NCBI RefSeq assembly: GCF_036365525.1 | Contig: NW_027140807.1 | Location: 186,001-250,000, forward strand | From: Heterodontus francisci | Taxonomy: Eukaryota | Direction: 5' to 3' | Length of the DNA: 64,000 nt | In this document: piece after piece, positions 49,351 through 62,406 of the stretch | Layout of the letters: each line of letters opens with the position of its first letter | Numbering within the stretch: the stretch's first letter is position 1 | The notes under the pieces: model-generated | What the model was told of the DNA's origin: nothing | Databases searched by the model: none | The model's input: the letters and a program-made list of their open reading frames with translations, nothing else | Translations under genes and position numbers: made by a program

Positions 49351-51325
49351 GTAAACACCCCCCTCCTTTCTGAATACCGTCCCTGTCCCTTCCCCCATTG
49401 AGCCACAAGGAGACAGGCAGAGACAGTCGGGGAGCAGATACACAGAGAGGCAAAGAAACACTGGGCTGGACTCGGACTTGGTACCAATGGTGCAAACCAG
49501 GATGGAGGGCAGGAGGGTGGTTGTGAATCCGGCTTCCCGTTCAGCATCTCTCCCCTGTTTTTACCTCAATGGGACCAAAACTGGGCAGAGATGGAAAGCA
49601 GGATCCCAGTTTACAATCACCCTGTGCACACACCAAGGCAGTGAGTTCAAATCCACCCCCAGACAGAGGGACAGAGACACAGAAAACAGATCCTGGGATT
49701 AGGACAGAACAGAGAGAGAGAGAAATAAATGGAAAGAGAGATGGAGAATGACATGCAGGGAGTCCGAAACCAGTGAGAGAAACTCAGAACAGAGGGTCAG
49801 AATACCGAGAAGGACAGAGAGAGACATGGAGACATACAGAGAGAGAGAGCTGGAGGTGTAGTGAGAGAATGCAGCAGCGATGAAGATATTGAGAAAGATC
49901 CCAGACAAAGAGAGATACAGAGACAGAAAGATGTGGCGGGGCAGAGATACAAAGTAAGATGTGTTTACAGAATAGCAAGAGGTGTCCTGGGACAGGGGGG
50001 AGGGAAATGCAGAGATAATCTTGCAGGAAAGGAGGAGCAGAGCTGGAAAGATTCAGGGATTTGGAAGTGATTGAGAGAACAAGTGGAGAGAGAGAGAGAG
50101 AAAGATGCAGAGAGTCGCAGAAAGAGTGGCAATGGAAACGTGAGACTCCAGAGACAGGCAGAGATAGAAAGGATGTTGAGAGATACAGTGATAGGAATTT
50201 AAAGATGTGAAGAAACAGAGCTAGGAGGAAGGTGCAGGGAACAAGTGCAGCAAGAGATGGAGAGGGGGAAATCTAGGGGATTACATTGACTGTTCTGGAG
50301 CAGCTCTTTCCCAAACTATTCCCTTCGGGAGCTCCCTCCAGCCCCCTCCCTTGTGGCAAAAAAAAAAATCCACAGAGCCTCTGAAAACACAAAATCAAAA
50401 TACTGCAGATGCTGGAAATCTGAAATAAAAAGTGTGTTAGAAATACTGAGCATTTCCAGCACTTTGTTTTTCTATCAGCCCCGAAAACACACCGTTTTCT
50501 TTTCTGTATCTTGAAATGAATTTGACAATGACACATATATATTTATTATTATTTTCCTCTCTGGTTATAGCTCTTGTCTGAGAATTCCAGGTGGCCAAAC
50601 GATTCTTCCTCTGCATCATCACAGCTGCAGCTTCCGAAAAGATTCTCCTTGGGAATAAGAGAAATAAAATTGATTCAAACACAGCAAAGCATTTTGGAAC
50701 AGAAATAAAACACAGCAAGAGCCCAGAGCTCTTTCTCTCACTCACTGACATAAAACAATCTCTCAGTGACTCCCCGTCTTGCAAATACATCCCCCGACAC
50801 AGAGCCAGAGACTGGGAAGTGTGGATGTGTTTACCCTGTCCTTTCCTGCTGTCTCTCAATTTCTCTCTCTCTCTATTTCTCTGTGTGTCTCTCTCATCTG
50901 TTTCTGCCTCATTCTAAAAACACACAAACACTGGTGACCCCCATCCCCTATCCTGTCGAAGGATAGAAAGAAATTGCCACATTCCCATCCCTGAAAATCA
51001 GAATTCAAATGGCCCCCAGGTGTTTCATTTCACTGTCAAATTAACCCACAGTCTAAAACACCAGCATTATTCGGGAATGAGAACAAACCTTCACATTTCA
51101 CCCATTTCATTGCTGATTCACAGAAGTATCTGACACTCAATGAATTCATTTTTAAAGTGGTCGGCAATGTTGGAAATGCTGTCGGCCACTGTTGCACAGC
51201 AAGATCCCACAAGCAGCAGTGTGATCAAAGTCGGCTATCCCTCCTCCCCCTCTAATTCCCTCCATGTTTCCCTCACTCCTGCGTCTCTCCCTCCTGTTAC
51301 TCTCATTCAGATGGGGAGAGAGAGA

Positions 51326-52965
51326 GAATCACAGAATAATACTGTGCAGAAGAGGCCCTTCGGCCCATCGAGTCTGCACCGATGCATTAAAGACACCTGA
51401 CCTGTCTACCTAATCCCATTTACCAGCAATTGGCCCATAGCCTTGAATGTTATGACGTGCCAAGTGCTCATCCAGGTACTTTTTAAAGGATGTGAGACAA
51501 CCTGCCTCTACCACCCTCCCAGGCAGGGCATTCCAGACTGTTGCCACCCTCTGGGTAAAAAAGCTCTTCCTCAAATCCCCCTTAAACCTCCCGCCCCTCA
51601 CCTGAAACTTGTGACCCCCTCGGAACTGACCCTTCAACTAAGGGGAACAGCTGTTCCCTATCCACCCTGTCCATACTCCTCATAATCTTGTACACCTCGA
51701 TAAGGTCACCCCTCAGTCTTCTCTGCTCCAGTGAAAACAACCCAAGCCTATCCAACCTCTCTTCATAGCTTAAATATTCCATCACAGGCACCATCCTGGT
51801 GAATTGCCTCTGCACCCCCTCCAGTGCAATCACATCCTTCCTATAATGTGGTGACCAGAATTGCACACAGTACTCCAGCTGTGGCCTTACCAAAGTTCTA
51901 TCCAACTCCAACATGACCTCCCTGCTTTTGTAATCTATGCCTCGATTGATAAAGGCAAGTGTCCCATATGCCTTTTTCACCACCCTATTAACCTGCCCTT
52001 CTGCCTTCAGAGATCTATGGACAAACACGCCAAGGTCCCTTTGTTCCTCGGAACTTCCCAGTGTCAGGCCATTCATTGAATACTTCCATGTCACATTACT
52101 CCTTCCAAAGTGTATCACCTCACACTTTTCAGGGTTAAATTCCATCTGCCACTTTTCTGCCCATTTGACCATCCCATCTATATCTTCCTGTAACCCAAGA
52201 CACTCCACCTCACTGTTAATCACTCGGCCAATCTTTGTGTCATCCCCGAACTTACTGATCCTACCCCCCACATAGTCATCTATGTCGTTTATATAAATGA
52301 CAATCAATCGGGGACCCAGCACAGATCGCTGTGGTACGCCACCGGACACTGGCTTCCAGTCACTAAAACAGCCGTCTGACATCACTCTCTGTCTCCTACA
52401 GCTAAGCCAATTTTGAATCCACCTTATCAAGTTACCCTGTATCCCATGTGCATTTGCTTTCTTGATAAGTCTCCCATGTGGGACCTTGTCAAAGGCTTTG
52501 CTGAAATCCATGTAAAATACATCAACTGCACTACCCTCATCTACACACCTGGTCACATGCTCAAAAATTCAATCAAATTTGTTCGGCATGACCTCCCTCT
52601 GACAAAGCCATGCTGAATATTCCTAATCACATTTTGCCTCTCCAAGTGGAGATAGATTCTCTCCTTCAGAATTCTCTCCAATCGTTTCCCTACCACTAAC
52701 GTGAGACCCACTGGTCTGTAGTTCCCTGGCTTATCTCTACAACCTTTCTTAAATAGTGGGACCACATTAGCTGTTCTCCAGTCCTCTGGCACCTCCCCCT
52801 TGGCCAGAGAGGAATTAAAAATTTGGGTCAGAGCCCCTGCAATCTCCATCCTCGCCTCCCACAGCATCCTGGGAGACAAATGGTCCAGCCCTGGAGATTT
52901 GTCCACTTTTAAGCTGCCAAAACCTCCAATACCTTCTCACTCCCGATGACAATTTGCTCAAAAAC
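51326..52965 (-). mobile_element. 5'-truncated, frameshifted CR1 LINE
   Basis: ORF pieces 52553-52906, 51582-52556 and 51410-51637 carry CR1 RT motifs. Confidence 0.92.
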
Positions 52966-54294
52966 CTCAGTCAGATCCCAGCAATGGTGACACTTCAACA
53001 TTCAGTTTACCAAGGTTTTGAGTGTGGATTTCTCTCTCTCTCTCTCTCTCTTTTTCTCTCCATCTATTTCTGCCCCAGTGTTGTAATGTGGGAATGGATG
53101 CAAGGAATGTATGCACAGCAGGATCCCACAATGTGATGATAGCCAGATATCCCATCACAGTCCTCAGAAAATGCTAAACTCCATCTTTAAACTTTTCACA
53201 AGCCTTTATACAGCTTCACGTTCAGCTCTTGTAATTATTGGCCCTCAGGCGCAGTTGACACTCAATGAATTAATTTTGAAAGTGGTCTTCGCTGTTGTAA
53301 TGCAGGAAACCAGCAGGCAATCTGTGCACAGAAAGATCCCACAGGCAGCAATATGATAACATGCAGATAATCTGTTTTTAGTGATGTAAGTTTGGAGATC
53401 CCAGAGAGAGGAACATTCCTGCTGTTTGAAAATCTCAAACACTCCTCTCCCTGTCTTTCTCCTGCTCTCCTCTCCTCCCCCCCCCCCCACACACTCATCC
53501 ACATCTGTTTCTTTTTCTCTCGATCTGGCATTTAATCTGGATTGAAACGTCCTCTGCAGTGTTTCTGTCACCGTTTAAAATAACCACACGTCACATTGTG
53601 GCTCCTATTGATTAATGGTTAAAATAGAGAAAGTGCGGGGGGAGAGAAAAGCAGAGGAAGATGGAGAGAAAACAGAGAAATCCACACTCAGACCCTCAGG
53701 AAGCTGAATTTTAACGTGCCCTCATTGTTGTCATGTAGGAAATGCTCCAGGGCACTAGATGCACAGCAAGATCCCACAAGCAGCCATGTGATATTTGCTA
53801 GATTTCAGTCCCCAGAAAGGGCAAAACACCCTCTTTAAACTGGGAACAAGCTGCAGATTCTGTCTCACCATTTCAAATAACGACAAATCACATTGCTGTG
53901 TGTGGCATGTTTTTTTATTTATTAAAGTTTGAAATGGAAAAGGTGAGTGTGAAACAGACAGAGAAGAGAAAGCATGGGGGGAGATGGGGACATAGGGAAA
54001 GAATGTGGAGACAGAGAGAAAGCTAACTTCAGAACTACAGTAAAATGAATTAAAATGGGCACCGTGCATCTTATTTAACTGTTAGCTTCATAGCATTGCC
54101 CAAAACAGCAGCAAACCTCACAGACAGGGCTGGAAGGAGCAAGTGGTAAATGGGACTCCCTCCTGGGGCTGCTCCTTTAACCCCAGGCTTTCAACCTGTT
54201 TAAAACTCCAGGGCCCCAATCCGACAGGAACTAGTTTAACCCAGGGCCCCAGAGAGGAAATTAAACCTCGGGCTAATAAACAGACACAACTCAC

Positions 54295-54427
54295 ATGGGC
54301 CCTTTGGGTGCAGCCTGTGGACAAGGCCTCAGTCTGTCCCCTCTGAAGGAAGCTCCTGTCCAAGGATTCCTCGTCCCAGACTTTCTCTCTTTTCAACTTC
54401 ACCATGCAGTTTTCAGAGTGAAAATTC
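54295..54427 (-). other. 133-nt exon-like unit of an unidentified gene (copy at 55294-55426; diverged copy at about 50545-50650)
   Basis: Polypyrimidine-AG acceptor, GTGAGT donor and a single open frame NFHSENCMVKLKREKVWDEESLDRSFLQRGQTEALSTGCTQRAH. Confidence 0.4.
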
Positions 54428-55796
54428 CTAAGGCAATTGGGAAAGAGAGAAAATTGATTAAAAGGCATTGTTAATCAAAATAGCACAGCAAGAGCCCAGG
54501 AATTGCCCTCTGTTACACAGACACTCTCTCAACAACACCAATACAAACAAATCACAGTTAATAAACCAGACACTAAAAGGGTACAGACAGTTCCCTCCAC
54601 CAGTGTGTGTCTGTCTCTTAATCTCTCTGTATCTCTCTCTCTCTCTCTGTCCGTATCAGGTTTTTTCCCCTGTATTTCATACATAGTCTTTATTGAAATA
54701 AGCTATGAAATATTTCTGTCTCACCATTTAAACAACAACAAATCTCTGTTTTGAACGATTAAAGGTTTAGATAGAGAGACAGAGGGAAAGAAAGCTGGAG
54801 AGAGACAGAGAGAGAAATCGAAACTCAGAACTTCAGTAAAATGAATTGAAATGAATCGGGAACATTTGACTCTCAGTGAGTTAATTTTTAAAGTGGTCGT
54901 CACTGTTGCAATGTTGGAAAAGCTGCAGGCCGTTTGTGAACAGCAAGATCCCACAAGCAGCAGTGTGATAACAGCTGGCTATCCCTCTCTCCCCCTCTCA
55001 TTCAGTCCATGTTTCCCTCACTCTCCTGCCTCTCTCTCCCTCCTGTTACTCTCATTCAGAGAGACAGATGGAGAGAGAGAGAGAGAGAGAAATTCACTCT
55101 CCTGCCTCACTCTCAATTCAAACGGCTGCTGCACATTTCATTTCACCCTCAAATTCCACAAAACACCAGCATTATTCAGGAATTATAACAAGGCTTTAGA
55201 CAGCTTCACCTTTCGGATGTTTAATTTCCTCGAGCAAGGTGGGCCCCAGAGAGAGGGAATTAAACCTCGGCCTAATGAACAGACACAACTCACGTGGGCC
55301 CACTGGGTGCAGCCTGTGGACAAGGCCTCAGTCCGTCCCCTCTGGAGGAAGCTCCTGTCCAAGGATTCCTCGTCCCAGACTTTCCCTCTTTTCACCTTCA
55401 CCATGCAGTTTTCAGAATGAAAATTCCTCGGGAAAGAAGGAGAAAAAATTGCATTAAAATACAAAGCAAGGACATTTTAAAACAAAATAGCACAGCAAGA
55501 GCCCAGGGTTTCCCCTCTCAGTTACAGAGGCAATCAGCAATATTCAAAGCGAATCAAATCACAGTTATAAACCAGATTGAGACAGAGAGAACACACACAC
55601 ACAGATACACAGACACACACACTGAATCAGACTGGGGAATGTGTCTACTCTCGAGAGAGAGAGAGTGAAAGGTGGGTTTTGTGATTGGAACTGGGATCTT
55701 CCTACCCAGATATATACTGAGTGAGCTGTTTGTAAACTCCACCCCTTGAGTCTCTGACATGTTGGGCTGTCTCTCAATCTCTTGCCTCGGGGGCCT

Positions 55797-55965
55797 GTCC
55801 ATTGATATGTTAATCCCAGGACAGGACCTTCCTGACTCTTCCAGTCCATTGATATGTTAATCCCAGGACAGGACCTTCCTGACTCTTCCAGTCCATTGAT
55901 ATGTTAATCCCAGGACAGGGCCTTCCTGACTCTTCCAGTCCATTGATATGTTAATCCCAGGACAG
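55797..55965. repeat. 47-bp tandem repeat, about 3.6 copies
   Basis: GTCCATTGATATGTTAATCCCAGGACAGGACCTTCCTGACTCTTCCA at 55797, 55844, 55891 and 55938. Confidence 0.93.
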
Positions 55966-57436
55966 CAATGCTTTCAGCCATTTCTTGGTTAATTTTAAAC
56001 CTTTAATGCTTTCCCTGCAGTTTGAAAATATCAAACACTGATCCAACACTCCCCCCTAAAACCTTCACACTAAACTTCTTTAAACTTTTCACAAGCCTTT
56101 ATAAAGCTTCACGTTCAACTCTTGTAATTATTGGCCCTCAGGAGCAGTTGACACTCAATGAATTAATTTTGAAAGTGGTCCTCAGTGTTGCAATGCAGGC
56201 ACTGTGTGCACAGCAAGATCCCACAGGCAGCAATATGATAACATGCAGATAATCTGTTTTTAGTGATGTAAGTTTAGAGATCCCAGAAAGAGGAACATTC
56301 CTGCAGTTTGAAAATCTCAAACACCCCTCTCCCTGTCTTTCTCCTGCTCTCTGTGTGCCTGTCTCTCTCTCTCTCAATCTGTGTGTCTCTCTCTCTGTGC
56401 CTGTCTCTCTCCCTCTCTCTAAATCAGAGTCACTCTCTCTCTCTCTCTGCCTGTCTGTCTCTCTCTCTTCTCAGAATCTGTCTCTCCCTCCCTCTTTCTA
56501 CCCATCTCTCCCTCCCTCTTTCTGCCTGTCTCTCCCTCGCTCTCTGTCTCTCTGAAGACCAATATCACGTATGTTTCGCCAATTACTCTCTTACTAAGTG
56601 CTGCCGCCTTCAAAGATCACTGCTCGTGAACCTCCAGCTCCCTCTGTACCTGCACACTCTTGAGAAATATGTCATAGTATCATCAAACAAAGTCAACATG
56701 GTTTCACGAAAGGGAAATCTCCTTTTAATCTTCTCTGCTCTAAGGAGAACAAGCCCAGCTTCTCCAGTCTATCAGTGTAACTGTAATAATCTCATCCAGG
56801 AACCGTTCCAGTAAATCTCTTCTACACATTCACCAAAGCCTCCATGTCCTTCCAAAAGTGTGATCCCAGAATTGGACACAATACTCCAACTGGAGACAAA
56901 CTATTATTTTATAAAGGTTTAACATCACTTCCTGACTTTTGCACTCTCGATCTCTGTTTATAAAGCTCAGGATCCCATCTGCTTTATTAACCCATCAGCG
57001 AAGAGAGAAATTCTCTCCATTGACCGGTTCCATTAGACATGAATCCTTGAGTCATTCCAAGGCTGGCGGGAGGGTTTAGGGGAGACCAGAGAGAACCCTG
57101 ACCTGGTCAGTTTTTATCAAACAGGAAACCATCAGTACATTGGCACCAATGTGGTGGAAGGAAGCTTCCTATCGTGATAACATTCCCAGCTGCGGATCAG
57201 TGGATACAGGGGTCAAATCCATCTCCACACCATCCCAGTGACTGTACACTGGAGATCTGCCTGTCAATTCTGTGTAACATCTAGAGAGCTATTCAGCTGT
57301 GTGATCCATCCCACCTTTCTCTCACTACCTGTCCACCTCGCCCTCTGCCTCTCCCCCTCACTCGCTGTGTCTCTCCCTCTTTCAACACCACTTTCTCTCC
57401 CTCTCTCTCTCCCTCTCTCTATCTCTCTCTCTTTGC

Positions 57437-58180
57437 AGTGTCCCACTAGTCACAGCCTGCCAACCTGAAAATGACCCATTTATTCCTACTCTCTGTTTCC
57501 TGTCCATTAACCAGTTCTCAATCCATGCCAGTATCTTCCCCCCAATCCCATGTGCTCTCATTTTGTTTACTAACCTCTTGTGTGGGATCTTATCAAAAGC
57601 TTTCTGAAAATCTAAATCTATCACATCCACCGGTTCCCCCTTATCTATTCCGCTAGTTACGTCCTCAAAAAAACTCCAACAGGTTTGTTAAAGATGATTT
57701 CCCTTTCATAAATCCATGTTTACTCTGACCAATCCTACCATTATTTTCGAAGTGTCTGCTTATCACATCCTTTATTATAGATTTGAGAATTTTCCCTCTG
57801 ACTGATGTTAGACTAACAGGTCCGTAGTTCCCCATTTTCTCTCTCCCTCCTTTTGTAAATAGTGAGGTTACAATTGCTACCTTCCAATCTGCAGGAACCA
57901 TTCCAGAGTCTATTGAATTTTGAAAGATGACCACCAATACATCAACTATCTCTACAGCCACCTCTTTCAACACTCTGGGATGTAGATCATCAGGTCCAGG
58001 GGATTTATTTACTTTCAGACCCATTCATTTGTCTCGTACTTTTTTTACTAATATTTATATTTTGCAGTTCATCATTTACACTAGTTCCCTGATTCTCCAT
58101 TATTTCTGGGAGGTTTTCAGTATGTTCCTCTGTGTAGACAGACACAAAGTATTTGTTTAGTTTCTCTACCATTGTCCTAG
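57437..58180 (-). mobile_element. Internal CR1 LINE fragment
   Basis: KSPGPDDLHPRVLKE, NYGPVSLTS and DFQKAFD in ORFs 57665-58024 and 57382-57630. Confidence 0.88.
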
Positions 58181-58211
58181 GATGAGAGACTGAGTAAATT
58201 GGACCAGTATT

Positions 58212-58891
58212 CTCTGTTACCCTCTGAATCCCAGTCTCTCCCCCTCTGTTACCCTCTGAATCCCAGTCTCTCCCCCTCTGTTACCCTCTGAATCCCAGTC
58301 TCTCCCCCTCTGTTACCCTCTGAATCCCAGTCTCTCCCTCTCTGTTACCCTCTGAATCCCAGTCTCTGCCTCTCTGTTACCCTCTGAATCCCAGTCTCTC
58401 GCCCTCTGTTACCCTCTGAATCCCAGTCTCTCCCCTCTGTTATCCTCTGAATCCCAGTCTCTGCCCCTCTGTTACCCTCTGAATCCCAGTCTCTGCCCCT
58501 CTGTTATCCTCTGAATCCTAGTCTCTCCCTCTCTGTTACCCTCTGAATCCCAGTCTCTCCCTCTCTGTTACCCTCTGAATCCCAGTCTCTCCCTCTCTGT
58601 TACCCTCTGAATCCCAGTCTCTCCCTCTCTGTTACCCACTGAATCCCAGTCTCTGCCCCTCTGTTACCCTCTGAATCCCAGTCTCTCCCTCTCTGTTACC
58701 CTCTGAATCCCAGTCTCTGCCCCTCTGTTACCCTCTGAATCCCAGTCTCTCCCTCTCTGTTACCCACGAATCCCAGTCTCTGCCCCTCTGTTACCCTCTG
58801 AATCCCAGTCTCTCCCTCTCTGTTACCCTCTGAATCCCAGTCTCTGCCCCTCTGTTACCCTCTGAATCCCAGTCTCTCCCTCTCTGTTACC
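58212..58891. repeat. 31-bp minisatellite, about 22 copies
   Basis: Unit CTCTGTTACCCTCTGAATCCCAGTCTCTCCC. Confidence 0.95.
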
Positions 58892-60519
58892 TAATCCGAA
58901 ATTTATAAATGTTCAGCATAACCTCCCTGATAGAGGCGGTCTGGTGAAATGGAACACACAAGAACACGAAACCCCCAACACCGGATTGGACAGAACATGG
59001 GAATATTTTATGAAGGGTCTGTTGGTTGATTTTTACTGATGTGTAGATTTTGCAGTCTCTGTGTGTCGGTTTGTGTGTGTATCGGTGTCTGTATCTGTGT
59101 GTGTGTCTCTGCTTCTGCTGCGTTTCACCCGGTCTCAGTTTGTGCTGCACAAGACCATTTCTCTGTTTATAATATAATAGGCCCTGTCTTTACTCTGTAT
59201 CTAACCCCATGCTGCCCCTGTCCTGGGAGTGTATGATGGGACAGTGCAGAGGGAAATTTACTCTGTCTCACCCCACACTGTGCTTGGCTTGGGAGTGTTT
59301 AATGGGACAGTGTAGATGGAGCTTTACTCTGTATCCCTGGAATTTAGAAGATTAAGGGGCGATTTGATCAAAGTTTTCAGAATATTAAGGTAAACTGATC
59401 GGGTGGACAGAGAGAAACTATTCCCACTGGCTGCAGAGTCTAGAACTTGTGGACATAGTCTAAAAATCTAAATGTAGTCTAAAAACCATTCATGAGTGAA
59501 ATGAAGAAACATTTCAACACACCAGGTGTGGTATCAGTTTGGAACTCTCTTCCACAAACAGCAATTGATGCTGAGACACTTGTTCATTTTTAAATCTGAG
59601 ATTGATGGATTTTTACTGACAAAAGTTATGAAGTGATATGGGGCAAAGACAGGTATATGGAGTTAGATCACAGATCAGTCATGATCTCATTGAATGACAG
59701 AACAGGGTTGAGGGGCTAAATGGCCTCCTCCTCTTCCTCTGTCCTCTGACAAATATCCTGCTATCACTCTCGGTGTCTGGGTCACTCTCTCGGTCTGTGT
59801 CTCCCTCTTTGTGTCTCTTTCTGTCTGTCTGTCTCTCTTTCCCTCCTCTCTCAGAACATCAGTCAGCCATTTTAGGTTTTCAGTGGCCATTTTATGTTAC
59901 CACAGCACTGGGACATTTATATCAGAGACTGACTCCTCACTAATGTAAGGTTAGTGTTTTAAACTTGACCGAGAAACAGATCCTGGGATTCAGTTGAATG
60001 TAGATTCTCATCCTGAAAAGTGTTAGCTAACGTGTTGGGAAATGTGTCAAAAGCTGTTTCCATTCAGACATTCCTGCATTGTGGAAGTGTGAGCTATCTT
60101 TGCAGAGACAGGAAATACGGGTGTTTGAATGGACCTGTAGCTTTTGGTTGATACAATAAGGTGAGAATTTGAATTGTGTCCCTTGCAGATCCACAGAATG
60201 GAAGTTATTTACAGAACACCACATGAAGTAGTTTACCAATGTCTGACAAACTTCAAAGACTTCCGACACATGGAAGAAGAGAATGGAACAATATACAAAA
60301 CCTGAGACAGTCAGACAACAGCAGTAGGAAAATGAATCTCTTTTTCTGGGTTTTAATTTGAAGGCCTGAGCTGATGATTGAAAAAGCAGGAGTTCAAATC
60401 CCACACAGGGATGTTGTGAATTTGAATTCTGTTATTACGCAAACAAGCCTCCCACTCTCTCACTTGCCCTCCCTCTCTCCTTCCCACTCGCTCTCTCCTT
60501 CTCCCCCTCCCGCCCCCCC

Positions 60520-60551
<32 letters not shown>

Positions 60552-62211
60552 GTCTGTCTTTACGTCAGTTCTTGCAGATATATGGAGATATTGGAGAGCT
60601 TGGGTTGTTCTCCACTGGTCCTTCCTATCTACTCTATCTGGGCCCATCATCATTTTACACACCTCCATTAAATCTCTCCTCAGCCTCCTCTGTTCCAAAG
60701 AAAACAATTCCAGCCTGTCCAATCTTTCCTCCTGGTTAAAATTCTCCATTCCTGACAACATCCTCTGTAAATCTCCTCTGTACCCTCTCTAGTGTGATCA
60801 CATCCTTCCTGTAATGTGGTGACTAGAACTGTACACAGTACTCTAGCTGTGGTCTAACTAGTGTTTTATACAGTTCCAGCATAACCTCCCTGCTCTTATA
60901 TTCTATACATCGGCCAATAAAGGAAATTACAATCGAAAATCCTGTGAGAAAAATAATCCCTATTGTTAATTAAAAAAACAGCTAACAATTGTTACAGTGC
61001 AACACAAGTATGATTTATTAAACTTTAACACAACAGAGTTTGTTACTCGGTCGTGTAAAGTGCATTGCACTATTACTGACCTTTATTCCAGTCCCTCAAT
61101 CCCACTTCATCTCGGGGAGATTGTTATAAGATTCACCCCATCATTTCAAACATAAATATTACCCACATCAAACCAGAGCAATTAGAAATTGTACACAGCT
61201 GCTGATAGCTAGTAACAAGACCGAAGGGAATGTTCAGTCTTCCATCTGTAACCCAGACAAATATATGTCTTCATTTATATTGATATCTGTCTGTCTGTCT
61301 GAATGGAATCAGATGGAGGCCAGGCGTCTCCCATAACAACATTGTTTGACCATTTCACTTTTTCTGACAGACTGAAAGTTTTCATCTATCTTGTCTCTAT
61401 TTTCCTGCAGTGATGTCCTGGGACTGAGCTGATTGACCTCCAACAACCACAACCATCTTCCTTTGTGCTCGGTTTGATTCCAACCAGCAGATTCCCACTG
61501 ACTTCAGTTTTACTCGGGCTCTTCGATGCCACACTCGGTCAAACGCTGCCTTGATGTTAAGGTCAGTCTCTCTTCCCAGTAGCAGACAGGAGTGAATTGT
61601 TCCCTTTGACCCGTTGTGTACTGAACATGCTCTGCTTCTTCACAGCCTGATACAGGACTGTACACGGCCGATTAATGTAGCCCATCAAACACTCCGAGAG
61701 CAGGTTCAGCACAGCTTAGGAAGAGAGTACAGTTCCTTCAACATTCTCTCTCTGTCTTCCTCTCTCTGTCTCTCCCTCCTGCTATCTCTGACACTAGGAG
61801 AGAGACAGAGGGAGAGAGGGTTAGATATGCAGACAGAGAGAGAGGGCTGTAGAGAGGGACAAGGTTGGAGAGAGAGAGATTGTTGGGGTGGATTGAAAGG
61901 GAGAATGTAAGATATATGAATTTGATGGAATCCTTCACTCCTGTGTACACAAACAGATAAAGATAGGTGTGTAGAGTGAAATATTGGTGGAGAGGGAGAA
62001 ATGTGGATGAAGTTGGGGCCCAAGCGACCCATTCTGATGATCCAGAAGGAAAGCACTCCATTGTAAACATCCAGCAAGCTATTCCACTGTGGGAGCCATC
62101 ACACATTCATGATATTGTTGTGGAAATCTTGAAATCTATGTCCCTGGTTATTGACCCCTCTGCTAAGGGAAATGGGTCCTTCCTATCCACTCTCTCTAAG
62201 CCCATCAGAGT

Positions 62212-62406
62212 TTCACTCTGTATCTAACCCCGTGCTGCACCTGACCTGGGAGTGTTTGATGGGGACAGTGTAGAGGGAGCTTTACTCTGTATCTAACCCC
62301 ATGCTGTATCTGTCCCGGGAGTGTTTGATGGGGACAGTGTAGAGGGAGCTTTACTCTGTATCTAACCCCATGCTGTATCTGTCCCGGGAGTGTTTGATGG
62401 GGACAG
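62212..62406. repeat. 69-bp tandem and dispersed repeat (also about 30545-30690, 35290-35425, 59190-59335)
   Basis: TTTACTCTGTATCTAACCCC...GGGAGTGTTTGATGGGGACAGTGTAGAGGGAGC in both orientations. Confidence 0.85.

Noticed and set aside
58212-58891. Regular 31-bp array as a possible CRISPR
   Set aside because: The units are head-to-tail with no unique spacers, and the context is eukaryotic. It is a minisatellite.
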